Below are positions 10,678-19,493 of a stretch of DNA of 32,452 nucleotides, in pieces (within the stretch, counting starts at the first letter, position 1; each line of letters opens with the position of its first letter). The notes below the pieces were generated by a model. That model was not told the DNA's origin. It did no database searches and saw only the letters and a program-made list of their open reading frames with translations. The stretch comes from a virus. Its lineage: Duplodnaviria; Caudoviricetes. The stretch lies in the IMG/VR virus record IMGVR_UViG_3300037991_002329, positions 1 through 32,452 of that record. One strand, 5' to 3'. Made by a program: the position numbers and the translations under genes.

Positions 10678-13278
10678 ATGGCAAGTTTTGACATAAATGA
10701 AGTAGCAAGAAGAGTACAGTCTACATCGACTGGACAAGATGGACCATACACATTTAACTTCCAAGTCAATGCAGCAAGTGAGATACAAGTATTTAGAAAC
10801 GACACACTACAGACAGAAAGCACACACTACAATACAACTCTCAATGCAGATGGCACAGGCTCTATCACATTCATAGATACCTCTGGGAGTGGTGGGACAG
10901 ACCACAGCCCAACAAGTGGCGATGTCATTACTATCATAGGAGACCAACCACTATCAAGAACCACAGTCTTTGCTACAGGTTCTGTCAATCAACCAGCTAC
11001 GCTAGAGACAGAGTTTGACAACGTAGTCATAAGACAACAACAGCTCAAAGAGATGATGGACAGGTCCATACAACTCAAAGCATCAACAAGACGTACAGTT
11101 ACAGGCACAGGTACTTCTGGTCCACTACAGTTCCCTTATGATGATACAGCCTCGAACAATGCAAGTAAGGTTATAGCTTACGACAGCAATGGTACATCAC
11201 TAGAGCTTGGACCAACAACAGCCAACCTAACGACACTAGCAGGTATTGCAAGTGATATAAGTACAGTCGCAGGTATCTCAAGCAATGTTACAAGTGTCGC
11301 AGGTAATGCAACCAACATCAATACTGTAGCTGGTATCTCAAGCAACATCACAACAGTTGCAGGGATATCAAGTAACGTAACCACAGTAGCAGGTATCAGT
11401 TCTGCTGTATCTACAGTAGCGTCTGCAAACTCAAACATATCTACAGTTGCTAGTGCCATCTCAAATGTAAACACAGTTGCTGGTAGCATATCAAATGTAA
11501 ACACGACAGCAGGTAGTATCTCAAACGTCAATACAGTTGCAGGTTCTATATCTAACGTCAACACAGTCGCATCAAATGTAACTGGTGTAAACAGCTTTGC
11601 AGAGAGATACAGAGTAGGTAGCTCAGACCCTAGCTCTGATAATGACGCAGGAGACCTGTTCTTCAACACCACAAGCAACACACTCAAGTTCTACGATGGT
11701 AGCTCTTTCAATGCCATTACCTCTGGTATAGCCGATGATGAAGTAACAACAGCTAAGATAGCTGATAGTGCAGTAACCACAGCAAAGATAGCAGACAATG
11801 CTGTAACTACAGCCAAGATAAATGCAGATGCAATCACAGGTGCTAAGATAGCAGATGATGCTATAGACTCAGAACACTACACAGATGGCTCTATTGACAC
11901 AGCACACATAGCAGATAACCAAATAACAAATGCCAAGATGGCAGATGATAGTGTGGGTTCAGCAGAGCTGATTGACAACTCAGTTGGGGCAGCAGCACTC
12001 AACATATCTGGCAATGGCACAAGTGGGCAGATGATTGTGTCTGATGCAGATGGTTCGTTCTCCTATGCAGACCAACCAAGTGGTGGTGGATTTAGTTTGG
12101 CATCAGCATTGTCTGGTACAACACCTACTATCAACTGGTCTAGTGCCACAGCTTTTAGCCACACTCTTTCTGGCGATACAACCTACAGCTTTTCTAATGT
12201 GCCAAGTGGAGGAGAGATAGAATTGTTCTTGAAAAATGTAGGTAAGACTATGGATGTGCTTACTTTCAATGCATCAACAGATTTGAATGCGACTAGCACC
12301 CTATCTACTGGTGGTAGTTTTGGCTCTTGGTTTAACAATGATGGCAGTCGTTGGTATACAACTGATAACACTACTAATAACCCAATACATGAATTTAATC
12401 TTAGCACCAACTACGATATATCAACAGCTAGTTTTTCACGTTCCTCATCTGGTAGTATGCCAAATACATTACGTTACTCTTGTGAGTTCAATGGGGATGG
12501 CACGAAGTTGATTGGCTATAAGGCAGACCTAGTAGAACATACCCTTTCTACTGCATATGATATCAGCAGTTTATCTACATCTACCAATCATACAATAGAT
12601 GTTGATGCACTATTCCAATCTAGTGGTGGTGGCGATAGTGTTACAGGTTTTGGTGGTGGCACTATCAGATTTAACAATGATGGTACACGATTGTTTATAT
12701 CACATAGAGATACAGATGATATTGAAGTGCCAAGAGCAATAGTTGTAAAACTATCTACAGCTTACGATATTGATAGCACACTTACTGTAGAGAGTGAATG
12801 GTTTGCACAGCCACATAAAGATGGTCTTGGTACGAGTGGCTCAAAGATTACTTCTGTTATGTCTTATGATGGCACAACAATAGTTTGTGCAGAGCATAAT
12901 GACCAAGCAGGTGAAACTGGTCATGCAGTATTTTGGCATTATAATTTAAGTGTCCCATGGGACTTATCTAGTACACGTTTCGTAGGTAGTGTAAAGCAAG
13001 ACCTCAATGCCTCGGCAGCAACTGGTATTGAAAATTTACACATTACCCCAGATAATAAATTTATGTATTTTACAGAGTTTAAAGTATCAACTTCAGACAA
13101 TGGTTACTTCCAAGTTTTTGATATACAAGGAGATTACAAAGTTACTTTGCCAAGTGGTGTTACAACATTACCAGCATCATTTGGTGATGGCGAGGACCCA
13201 ACTACAACTAGCTATCTAAGATTAGTCAGCCTAGATGGTAGTAACGTTCTGATAACTGACCATAAGGAGATACTATAA
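10678..13278 (+). CDS. Tail fibre / receptor-binding protein
   Basis: T7 gp17-like N-terminal anchor (GPYTFNF...LETEFDNVVIRQQQL), 10-aa repeats, C-terminal beta-rich domain. Confidence 0.88.
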   Translation: MASFDINEVARRVQSTSTGQDGPYTFNFQVNAASEIQVFRNDTLQTESTHYNTTLNADGTGSITFIDTSGSGGTDHSPTSGDVITIIGDQPLSRTTVFATGSVNQPATLETEFDNVVIRQQQLKEMMDRSIQLKASTRRTVTGTGTSGPLQFPYDDTASNNASKVIAYDSNGTSLELGPTTANLTTLAGIASDISTVAGISSNVTSVAGNATNINTVAGISSNITTVAGISSNVTTVAGISSAVSTVASANSNISTVASAISNVNTVAGSISNVNTTAGSISNVNTVAGSISNVNTVASNVTGVNSFAERYRVGSSDPSSDNDAGDLFFNTTSNTLKFYDGSSFNAITSGIADDEVTTAKIADSAVTTAKIADNAVTTAKINADAITGAKIADDAIDSEHYTDGSIDTAHIADNQITNAKMADDSVGSAELIDNSVGAAALNISGNGTSGQMIVSDADGSFSYADQPSGGGFSLASALSGTTPTINWSSATAFSHTLSGDTTYSFSNVPSGGEIELFLKNVGKTMDVLTFNASTDLNATSTLSTGGSFGSWFNNDGSRWYTTDNTTNNPIHEFNLSTNYDISTASFSRSSSGSMPNTLRYSCEFNGDGTKLIGYKADLVEHTLSTAYDISSLSTSTNHTIDVDALFQSSGGGDSVTGFGGGTIRFNNDGTRLFISHRDTDDIEVPRAIVVKLSTAYDIDSTLTVESEWFAQPHKDGLGTSGSKITSVMSYDGTTIVCAEHNDQAGETGHAVFWHYNLSVPWDLSSTRFVGSVKQDLNASAATGIENLHITPDNKFMYFTEFKVSTSDNGYFQVFDIQGDYKVTLPSGVTTLPASFGDGEDPTTTSYLRLVSLDGSNVLITDHKEIL
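11224..11590 (+). repeat. Degenerate 30-bp tandem coding repeat (ISNVNTVAGS-type)
   Basis: About 12 ten-residue units visible in the translation. Confidence 0.9.
11728..11995 (+). repeat. Degenerate 30-bp tandem coding repeat (IADxAVTTAK-type)
   Basis: About 8-9 ten-residue units visible in the translation. Confidence 0.85.
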
Positions 13279-13478
13279 TGGCAGACAGTAGACCATCAAT
13301 GAAAAGTATAAGTGAGAAGTTGGACCATATGCACTCCGATATCGAGAAGAACTCAGCAGACATACACAAGCTACAACTAGAGATGTCCTATGGTCGTGGT
13401 GCTGTCAAGTCAGTTGCATGGATAGGTGGCTGTGTGGCTGTCATTGTAGGTCTTATGAGAATATTTAACGGAGGATAA
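13278..13478 (+). CDS. Small coiled-coil protein with a C-terminal TM helix
   Basis: 66 aa; hydrophobic C-terminus; TAATG coupling. Confidence 0.7.
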   Translation: MADSRPSMKSISEKLDHMHSDIEKNSADIHKLQLEMSYGRGAVKSVAWIGGCVAVIVGLMRIFNGG

Positions 13479-13479
13479 T

Positions 13480-13893
13480 ATGTTACCATTCTTAGGCTTT
13501 CTATCAAACCCAATCACAAAGCTAGTAGCTGACAAGGTTATAGGTGCAGCCACTCATGCTATGGAGAAGAAAAAAATTATACGACAGGCAGAGATAGAGG
13601 CTACAGCTAACATAGACTATGCCAAGATAGAGGCACAGAAAGCAGTACACAAAGCAGAACAAGCTGTACTAAAGCAACAAGTCAAGTCTAGTGAGAAAAG
13701 CTGGAAGGATGAATATTTGTGTGTGGTATTTACGATCCTGCTGATTTGCCATTTCATAGAACCACTACAGCCAAGCATGATGAAAGGATGGGAGATGTTG
13801 GGTACAGCTCCAAAAGAATTTTGGTATATCATAATGACTATTGTGGCAGGCAGCTTTGGCGTATCAACATTAAGTAAATGGAAAGGCAAATGA
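13480..13893 (+). CDS. Holin-like membrane protein (3TM-holin type)
   Basis: GGAGG RBS; SWKDEY motif followed by two TM helices and a basic C-terminus. Confidence 0.65.
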   Translation: MLPFLGFLSNPITKLVADKVIGAATHAMEKKKIIRQAEIEATANIDYAKIEAQKAVHKAEQAVLKQQVKSSEKSWKDEYLCVVFTILLICHFIEPLQPSMMKGWEMLGTAPKEFWYIIMTIVAGSFGVSTLSKWKGK

Positions 13894-14522
13894 AACAATC
13901 AAGACTAGATAAGATACTATCGTACATTGCATGGGCAATAATAGTTATATGGATGCTTGTTATTATTATTGTTCCTACAGAGGCAAACGAAAACACAAAT
14001 GTCTCTGGAGACAACACGATTATCTCTGGTGGATACACAAGTTCCTCAAGTACAACGTATGAGTCTGGCAGTAGCTCCAATACTACTAGCACTAGCACCA
14101 CTAACAACACGAGCAATATCAAAAGTTTTCCACCAACAGCCTCTGCCCCACCCACGGGAGCAGGCATTGATACTTGTAATCTTGGCACTTCGTTTGGATT
14201 GCAAAGCAGTTTCATTGGATTGTCTGGCAGTAGCCATGAGACAGACGAGACCTGTGAACGTATCAAACTAGCAAGAGAGCTATCAACAGTACACCAGATG
14301 AAGGTGGCAGGGATTGCTATACTGTGTCAAGATCCTAGAGTATTTACAGCTATGATGGAGGCAGGAACACCTTGCCCATTTGAAGGTCAGATAGGACCTG
14401 ATGCTGAGAGACTCTGGGCAAAGTATGATGAGCTAAGACCAGACTACGAAGAACACAAAGAAAGAATGAAAACAAAAGAGAAGATACAAGCTGAACAAGT
14501 TATGTATAGTACTGGCAAATGA
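13890..14522 (+). CDS. Exported/membrane-anchored Cys-containing hypothetical protein
   Basis: Start moved to ATG 13890 (ATGA overlap); N-terminal TM, S/T/N linker, four Cys (DTC, TCERIK, LCQDPRV, TPCP). Confidence 0.75.
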   Translation: MKQSRLDKILSYIAWAIIVIWMLVIIIVPTEANENTNVSGDNTIISGGYTSSSSTTYESGSSSNTTSTSTTNNTSNIKSFPPTASAPPTGAGIDTCNLGTSFGLQSSFIGLSGSSHETDETCERIKLARELSTVHQMKVAGIAILCQDPRVFTAMMEAGTPCPFEGQIGPDAERLWAKYDELRPDYEEHKERMKTKEKIQAEQVMYSTGK

Positions 14523-15727
14523 GATGCTTGGTATACTTATTCCTTATCTTATCTGTGGTAGTACTTGCAAGTGCAAAGACAAGTGCAGACTCAACAGGTA
14601 ACTTACTATCCAATAACTTTCAACAAGATTGGACTGGCACCAATGATCACTATCATGGACCTACCATACTAGCTGGGGTACACAACGAGTACAGAGAAAC
14701 AACTACTACCCTGTCTGACCACATGGACTCCATAGAGATACAAGGTATAACAGCTAGTGAGTTTACTGCTGATATCTGGATATGGAATAGCTACCCTCAA
14801 TCAGTTGACATGACACAGGAAATCACAGATAGTAATGGCGTGGAGTATAGCAATACCATAACCATATCTGGAACCTGTAATAGTTGGAATGGCTGTGGCT
14901 ATGAGGCATCTCCAAGTAATACAATTTACATAACAGATGTGGCAGATGATTATGATATTATTACTCGTTTCAGCTTTAGCGTACCTAGTCGCCCTAATTA
15001 CCATTATGCAGCAGACGTCAAGGATCCCTCCCTCGTTATACATTTTGATCCATACACCTTGGATATTGCAACAACACAAGACGTTGAGGACTGGCTCCAA
15101 GAGTTTGAAGAAGAATACATAGATATATTTGAGGAGCAAGAGCTGTTCTTGATAGACGAGCCAGACCCTTTTGTTGAAGAGTTCTTGATGTATGAACCAG
15201 AGGTCTATGATTTCTTTGAAGAGATAGAATACTACGAGCCAGAGATAGAAGAGCTACCAGAAGAAATCATAGAAGAGATGCCAGAGGAAGTTATAGAGGA
15301 TATGCCAGAAGAGATTATAGAAGAAGAGATTATAGAAGAGCTACCAGAAGAGATAGTAGAAGAACAGCCAGAGGAGATTAGTGAAGAGCCTAGCATGGAA
15401 GAGGTGCCAGAAGATGTAGATACATCTGAACCAGAGCAAGGAGATATAACAATAGGCAAGACAGTCTTTGCCCAGGCGATAGAGGTAGACCAGGTAACGC
15501 TAAGTGCAATGATACAATCACAACCTATCATGCTAGATGCAGAGTTCTATGCTCCAATAAATATTTATCCAAACCAAATAACTATCTTTGATGATAGGCA
15601 AATCTATGGTAACATAACCTATGTTGTCAACGATCCACTAACTTCACAAATTAATTTTACAAGAGGGAATCAGGAACAACAGTACAAACTGAAACAGAAA
15701 CTGGATAAGATGATATGGATAAATTAA
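14519..15727 (+). CDS. Exported protein with a beta-rich domain and a long acidic Glu-Pro stalk
   Basis: Signal peptide-like N-terminus; ATGA coupling; PEEIIEE repeats. Confidence 0.75.
   Translation: MRCLVYLFLILSVVVLASAKTSADSTGNLLSNNFQQDWTGTNDHYHGPTILAGVHNEYRETTTTLSDHMDSIEIQGITASEFTADIWIWNSYPQSVDMTQEITDSNGVEYSNTITISGTCNSWNGCGYEASPSNTIYITDVADDYDIITRFSFSVPSRPNYHYAADVKDPSLVIHFDPYTLDIATTQDVEDWLQEFEEEYIDIFEEQELFLIDEPDPFVEEFLMYEPEVYDFFEEIEYYEPEIEELPEEIIEEMPEEVIEDMPEEIIEEEIIEELPEEIVEEQPEEISEEPSMEEVPEDVDTSEPEQGDITIGKTVFAQAIEVDQVTLSAMIQSQPIMLDAEFYAPINIYPNQITIFDDRQIYGNITYVVNDPLTSQINFTRGNQEQQYKLKQKLDKMIWIN
15238..15412 (+). repeat. Degenerate ~24-bp tandem coding repeat (PEEIIEEM-type)
   Basis: Repeated ccagaagag...agaagag units. 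Confidence 0.8.
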
Positions 15728-16068
15728 AAAACAACCTTGCTGGCATTGTGAGTCTTATTGGGGTAGTCGGGGCTATCGGTGCTGGGTTTACTACATATGG
15801 TCAGCTACTAGGTAGCATCTCTACTCTTGAGGAGAAAGTATCCGACCTGGAGTCAAGGCAGTATGTAATAAACGAAACAGTTGACCTGACTGATACCAAC
15901 AATAAAATCAATGACAACTACGTCAGCCTGGTAGATAGAATTGAAGAGATGAAAGAAGATATAAATGCCAGTACAAATAACCTTGGCATAATCAAAACCA
16001 GACTTGATCTGATTGATACACAGATACAAGCCATGGAAAACGAAAGTAAAAATCCTTTAGCAAGATAG
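15715..16068 (+). CDS. N-terminal TM plus coiled-coil protein
   Basis: 117 aa; hydrophobic N-terminus, heptad pattern, C-terminal NPL motif. Confidence 0.75.
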   Translation: MDKLKNNLAGIVSLIGVVGAIGAGFTTYGQLLGSISTLEEKVSDLESRQYVINETVDLTDTNNKINDNYVSLVDRIEEMKEDINASTNNLGIIKTRLDLIDTQIQAMENESKNPLAR

Positions 16069-16074
16069 GAGGGT

Positions 16075-16221
16075 ATGATGCTAGAAAAACTAAAAAAAAT
16101 CGCCCATAAATGGACACAGAGTACGATGTTCTTCTCAGAATGTGGTTGTGGGTTCAGAAAGCCAAAAGCTATTCTATGGCTTTCTCTGGGCGTTCTAGGG
16201 CTAATTCTATTTTTGGCGTAG
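16075..16221 (+). CDS. 48-aa membrane micro-protein (not in the ORF track)
   Basis: AGGAGG RBS; MMLEKLKKIAHKWTQSTMFFSECGCGFRKPKAILWLSLGVLGLILFLA. Confidence 0.65.
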   Translation: MMLEKLKKIAHKWTQSTMFFSECGCGFRKPKAILWLSLGVLGLILFLA

Positions 16222-16225
16222 AAAA

Positions 16226-16378
16226 ATGGCAGAGCTAACCAAAAGACAAAAGAAAACTATGCAAAAGCATAGCAAACATCATACATCCAGGCATATGAGA
16301 ATGATGGAAGGCTTGATGAAAAAAGGTATGTCGTTTGGGGATGCTCACAAGAAAGCGATGAAAGATGTCGGCAAGTGA
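16226..16378 (+). CDS. 50-aa basic His/Met-rich micro-protein (not in the ORF track)
   Basis: MAELTKRQKKTMQKHSKHHTSRHMRMMEGLMKKGMSFGDAHKKAMKDVGK; fills the gap in the operon. Confidence 0.7.
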   Translation: MAELTKRQKKTMQKHSKHHTSRHMRMMEGLMKKGMSFGDAHKKAMKDVGK

Positions 16379-16547
16379 TAACGAAAAGCTGCCCTATACT
16401 TTTATGGTGCTAGAGGCAGCCGATGGTACGTTTAGTTGTAATGTTGTCTGTCGTGGGTTCTCCACCTATGAAGATGCTGTATCCTTTGTAGAGTTATGGG
16501 ATCAGCTAGTCAATGATGAAAAGATTTACAGTTACGAGCTGCATTAA
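16365..16547 (+). CDS. Hypothetical 60-aa protein
   Basis: Overlaps the previous ORF; ends directly before a terminator. Confidence 0.6.
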   Translation: MSASDNEKLPYTFMVLEAADGTFSCNVVCRGFSTYEDAVSFVELWDQLVNDEKIYSYELH

Positions 16548-16578
16548 AAAAGGGTAGGTGGGAGGACCTACCCCTTTT
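16546..16578. terminator. Intrinsic terminator, possibly bidirectional
   Basis: A-tract, GGGTAGGT-gggagg-ACCTACCC, then CTTTT. Confidence 0.75.
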
Positions 16579-16627
16579 AACTGCGAAAGGTTATTATTAA
16601 CCATTATCATGCCACAAGACAGCAACC

Positions 16628-16656
16628 TTGTCAATCCCCAAACAAAATGTTACGAT
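16628..16656 (+). promoter_or_regulatory. Sigma70-type promoter of the metallophosphoesterase gene
   Basis: TTGTCA-17bp-TACGAT with TGn extended -10; GGAGG RBS downstream. Confidence 0.65.
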
Positions 16657-16680
16657 AAATCAGTAACATAGGAGGATGTT

Positions 16681-17379
16681 ATGGCAAACAAATGCGTGTT
16701 AGTAATAAGTGATTTACATATACCTTATCATCACAAAGATTCTTTTGCCTTTCTTAAAGAGGTAAAGAAAGTATTTCAACCTGATACCATCATCAACATA
16801 GGAGACTTGTTAGACTTTCATGCTATCTCGATGCATGATCACGATCCTGACTTGCCAAGCCCTGGCAATGAGTTGTCAACAGCTCGTCAATACGTCAAAG
16901 AACTAGAGTCTATATTCCCAGATGTGACTGAGGTACACAGTAACCATAGCTCTTTAGTGTATCGCAGAGCAATTAAGTATGGGATGTCTAGAGAGTTTCT
17001 TAGACCCTACTCAGAGTTCTTGGGAACTAAAAAATGGAAATGGGTAGATGATCTTACGCTTACCTGTGGGCAGCAAAGAGTGTTCTTTACACATGGCAAG
17101 GCTGCCGATGTGTTAAAAGTATCTCAGACTATGGGTATGTCTACAGTCCAGGGACATTACCATACCAAGTTTTCTATTGGATACTGGGCAAATCCAGATG
17201 AACTATACTTTGGTATGCAGGTTGGCTGCCTTATCAATCAAAAATCTTTGGCGTTCAGCTATGCTAAAAACTTTTCCACAAGATTTATTTTGGGGTGTGG
17301 TATTATTATTGATGGTGTCCCACGCTTGTTGCCCATGGTATTGAACAACAAGGGGGACTGGATTGGAAAGGTAGTTTAG
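16681..17379 (+). CDS. Calcineurin-like metallophosphoesterase
   Basis: SDLH, GDLLD, SNH, THG and GHYH metal-binding motifs. Confidence 0.88.
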   Translation: MANKCVLVISDLHIPYHHKDSFAFLKEVKKVFQPDTIINIGDLLDFHAISMHDHDPDLPSPGNELSTARQYVKELESIFPDVTEVHSNHSSLVYRRAIKYGMSREFLRPYSEFLGTKKWKWVDDLTLTCGQQRVFFTHGKAADVLKVSQTMGMSTVQGHYHTKFSIGYWANPDELYFGMQVGCLINQKSLAFSYAKNFSTRFILGCGIIIDGVPRLLPMVLNNKGDWIGKVV

Positions 17380-18104
17380 GAACCAAACTTTGCAGCTCGG
17401 TATTCATCTTGTCCTGCTTTTTGTAGAGCGAGATATATTTTCCCACCCTCATCAAGACACTCTTTGTATGGGTCTTGTTGCCTAAGTTTATTTATTTCAA
17501 CAAACTCTTTAAGACCTTCAAATTCTTTTGAGTCTAGCTTTTCTTTTGCTATGTCCTTGAACTGCTCAAAATCATTTTTCAAGTCTATCATTTGAAAGTC
17601 ATTCAAATATTTTTCAGCCACCTTTGCCCACTTGCCATTAGAGGAAACCTTCGTAGCAACATTATGTATTGGTGCCTTGTTTGAGTCAAACAATGGTTCT
17701 TGTGCTGCAAAATTACCATCATCATCAGAACATAAGCCATAGAACGCTTGCAAAGCATATCTTTTTGAGTAGGTTATACCACTACCCATGCTCTGAGGAT
17801 TGTTTGGGTCCTTCATTCGTATAGGGCAAGGACTTTTCCTGGTTTCATTTGATGGTACATGGGTTACAGTAGTCATTACAACTTGTAATACCTGCCCACC
17901 TATCTCAATCAGATCTAGTGGCTGACTATACACTAATCCAAATTGATTGCCCTCATCGCACGCCCTCATAACATCCTCTAGAGAGGCGTATTGATTTTTG
18001 AAGTGTGGGTTTTTACTGCTTTTAGTTGCTTGAACTTTTAGTTTCTGAAACTCAAGCATTGCCTCATCAAATGTTTTTGGCATTTTGTTACTATTCTCTG
18101 TCAT
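17376..18104 (-). CDS. erf: ERF-family single-strand annealing recombinase
   Basis: KNPHFKNQYASLEDV and PQSMGSGITYSKRYAL...DDDGN signature. Confidence 0.9.
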   Translation of the reverse strand: MTENSNKMPKTFDEAMLEFQKLKVQATKSSKNPHFKNQYASLEDVMRACDEGNQFGLVYSQPLDLIEIGGQVLQVVMTTVTHVPSNETRKSPCPIRMKDPNNPQSMGSGITYSKRYALQAFYGLCSDDDGNFAAQEPLFDSNKAPIHNVATKVSSNGKWAKVAEKYLNDFQMIDLKNDFEQFKDIAKEKLDSKEFEGLKEFVEINKLRQQDPYKECLDEGGKIYLALQKAGQDEYRAAKFGS

Positions 18105-18405
18105 TTGCTATTCCCTCTGCTTTCTCAAATGCAAGTGCCAGGGCAGTTTCAGAACGCCTGACACGACTGTTAATATTTGGTGTTAAAAATTTTAATTGTT
18201 GTTGTATGTTGGTAAGTACATCATACTCAACATCGCTCAACTCCATAGTATCAAGCCTCAAAGACTTTATACAATCGCTGCAAATCTCAATCTGCACCCA
18301 CAGCTCAGATACTTTACGGAGGGGGTCCACCTGGTTATTGGTGAACTCATCCCCCATTTTCTTGGCTTGATCTATGACACTATCATTAGTAGTCATCATG
18401 CTCAT
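18091..18405 (-). CDS. Hypothetical protein
   Basis: Start moved to ATG 18405 behind a GAAGGAGAGG RBS; coupled to erf. Confidence 0.7.
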   Translation of the reverse strand: MSMMTTNDSVIDQAKKMGDEFTNNQVDPLRKVSELWVQIEICSDCIKSLRLDTMELSDVEYDVLTNIQQQLKFLTPNINSRVRRSETALALAFEKAEGIANDRE

Positions 18406-18679
18406 AGTCCTCTCCTTCATACATTGCTTGTTGATTGTAATCATACCAAAACTCATTCCAAAGTTGGTCTACCTGTCCTTCAGCAATCGAGATATCATCT
18501 TTTGTTTTTAGTCCCAGTTTTTTAATTACAAAATCATAAACTTCAGAGGGGTGTTGTTTTTCAGAGATCATTTCCTCTAGTCCCTCAATGGCACTAACCT
18601 CTTCTTCAATTCCCAGGCAGTAGTCACTATACCCACCTAATCTTCTTTTTATGTTAGCTACATCTTTTTGTTCAGACAT
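18386..18679 (-). CDS. Hypothetical acidic protein
   Basis: GAAAGGA RBS; overlapping neighbours. Confidence 0.75.
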   Translation of the reverse strand: MSEQKDVANIKRRLGGYSDYCLGIEEEVSAIEGLEEMISEKQHPSEVYDFVIKKLGLKTKDDISIAEGQVDQLWNEFWYDYNQQAMYEGEDYEHDDY

Positions 18680-18842
18680 TGTATTTTCCTTTCAATCTTT
18701 CTATGGTTTCGTTTAGCTTTCTGACATCCTCATTGAACTTCTCTAGCTTTTCAAAGAACTGCTCTTCAAGCTCGTCTAGGTTTGCATCAGAACGCTGCAA
18801 GTTATTTACTACAACTTCTAGTGGCATTTTATTAACTGTCAT
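18672..18842 (-). CDS. 56-aa coiled-coil micro-protein (not in the ORF track)
   Basis: GAAAGGA RBS; MTVNKMPLEVVVNNLQRSDANLDELEEQFFEKLEKFNEDVRKLNETIERLKGKYNV; first gene after the leftward promoter. Confidence 0.75.
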   Translation of the reverse strand: MTVNKMPLEVVVNNLQRSDANLDELEEQFFEKLEKFNEDVRKLNETIERLKGKYNV

Positions 18843-18873
18843 CTATATAATCCTTTCATTTATTTTATAGTTG

Positions 18874-18902
18874 TTGACATTTGTATATCATTAAAATACT
18901 AT
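18874..18902 (+). promoter_or_regulatory. Rightward sigma70 promoter
   Basis: TTGACA-17bp-TACTAT. Confidence 0.8.
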
Positions 18903-18918
18903 TTTGAGATAATGTCAA
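18890..18918 (-). promoter_or_regulatory. Leftward sigma70 promoter overlapping the rightward one
   Basis: Minus strand TTGACA-17bp-TTTAAT. Confidence 0.75.
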
Positions 18919-18928
18919 TATCAAAATA
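18900..18928. promoter_or_regulatory. Inverted repeat, candidate operator
   Basis: TATTTTGAGAT-7bp-ATATCAAAATA (10/11 complementary). Confidence 0.55.
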
Positions 18929-18945
18929 ATATAGGAGATAAAAAA

Positions 18946-19146
18946 ATGGCACAAAAATCTTGTTTGTTAAGACTACCAGAGGAATTGGTAGATAAATTAG
19001 ACCACCAGGCAAGGCTAGAACACACCTCTCGTGTGGGTCTAGTACATAATATTCTAGAAATGGGGCTGCCACTTAGGCGAAAATACACGATCAACTCCCC
19101 AGAGATACAGCAACTAATAAATGGAGCAAGGTTACATGGAAAATAA
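18946..19146 (+). CDS. Ribbon-helix-helix (Arc/CopG-like) DNA-binding protein
   Basis: KSCLLRLPEELVDKLDHQARLEHTSRVGLVHNILE pattern; AGGAG RBS. Confidence 0.75.
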   Translation: MAQKSCLLRLPEELVDKLDHQARLEHTSRVGLVHNILEMGLPLRRKYTINSPEIQQLINGARLHGK

Positions 19147-19486
19147 TGATGTATTAGATATCTTAGAACAAGCAAAAGAAATGTTCCAGGATAGAAATAA
19201 GAAGTATGGCAGCGTTGATGAAATGTTTAGGGCTATGGCAAAACGTATGAGCCTCAGCTCTCATATCAATGTAACGCCATATCAAGCCTGCCAAGCTATG
19301 ATAGATACAAAACAAGCACGCCTAGATTTACACCCTAGCGATGACTCGTTTGTTGACGCTATTGTATACATGGCAATATCATATTACTTGTGGAAGAAAC
19401 AAAAGAAAAATGGTAAAAAAATACCAGACTTCAGTCAAGTATTAGGCACTCCACCAAGCGAATACTTGAAACAATCTCAACAGTAA
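19136..19486 (+). CDS. DUF6378-like all-alpha protein
   Basis: DRNKKYG...TKQARL...DSFVDAIVY pattern; probable start 19136. Confidence 0.65.
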   Translation: MENNDVLDILEQAKEMFQDRNKKYGSVDEMFRAMAKRMSLSSHINVTPYQACQAMIDTKQARLDLHPSDDSFVDAIVYMAISYYLWKKQKKNGKKIPDFSQVLGTPPSEYLKQSQQ

Positions 19487-19493
19487 ATGACGT

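Noticed and set aside
11224-11995. Tail-fibre repeats as a diversity-generating retroelement or invertible cassette
   Set aside because: There is no reverse transcriptase or invertase and no template/variable repeat pair; the repeats are degenerate protein repeats.
1884-15531. Numerous minus-strand ORFs within structural genes (e.g. 7237-7932, 8743-9261, 11178-11687)
   Set aside because: They are antisense shadows of long + strand genes, with S/F/L-rich translations and no RBS.
18679-18870. + strand 63-aa ORF in the track
   Set aside because: It is the shadow of the better-supported minus-strand gene 18672-18842.
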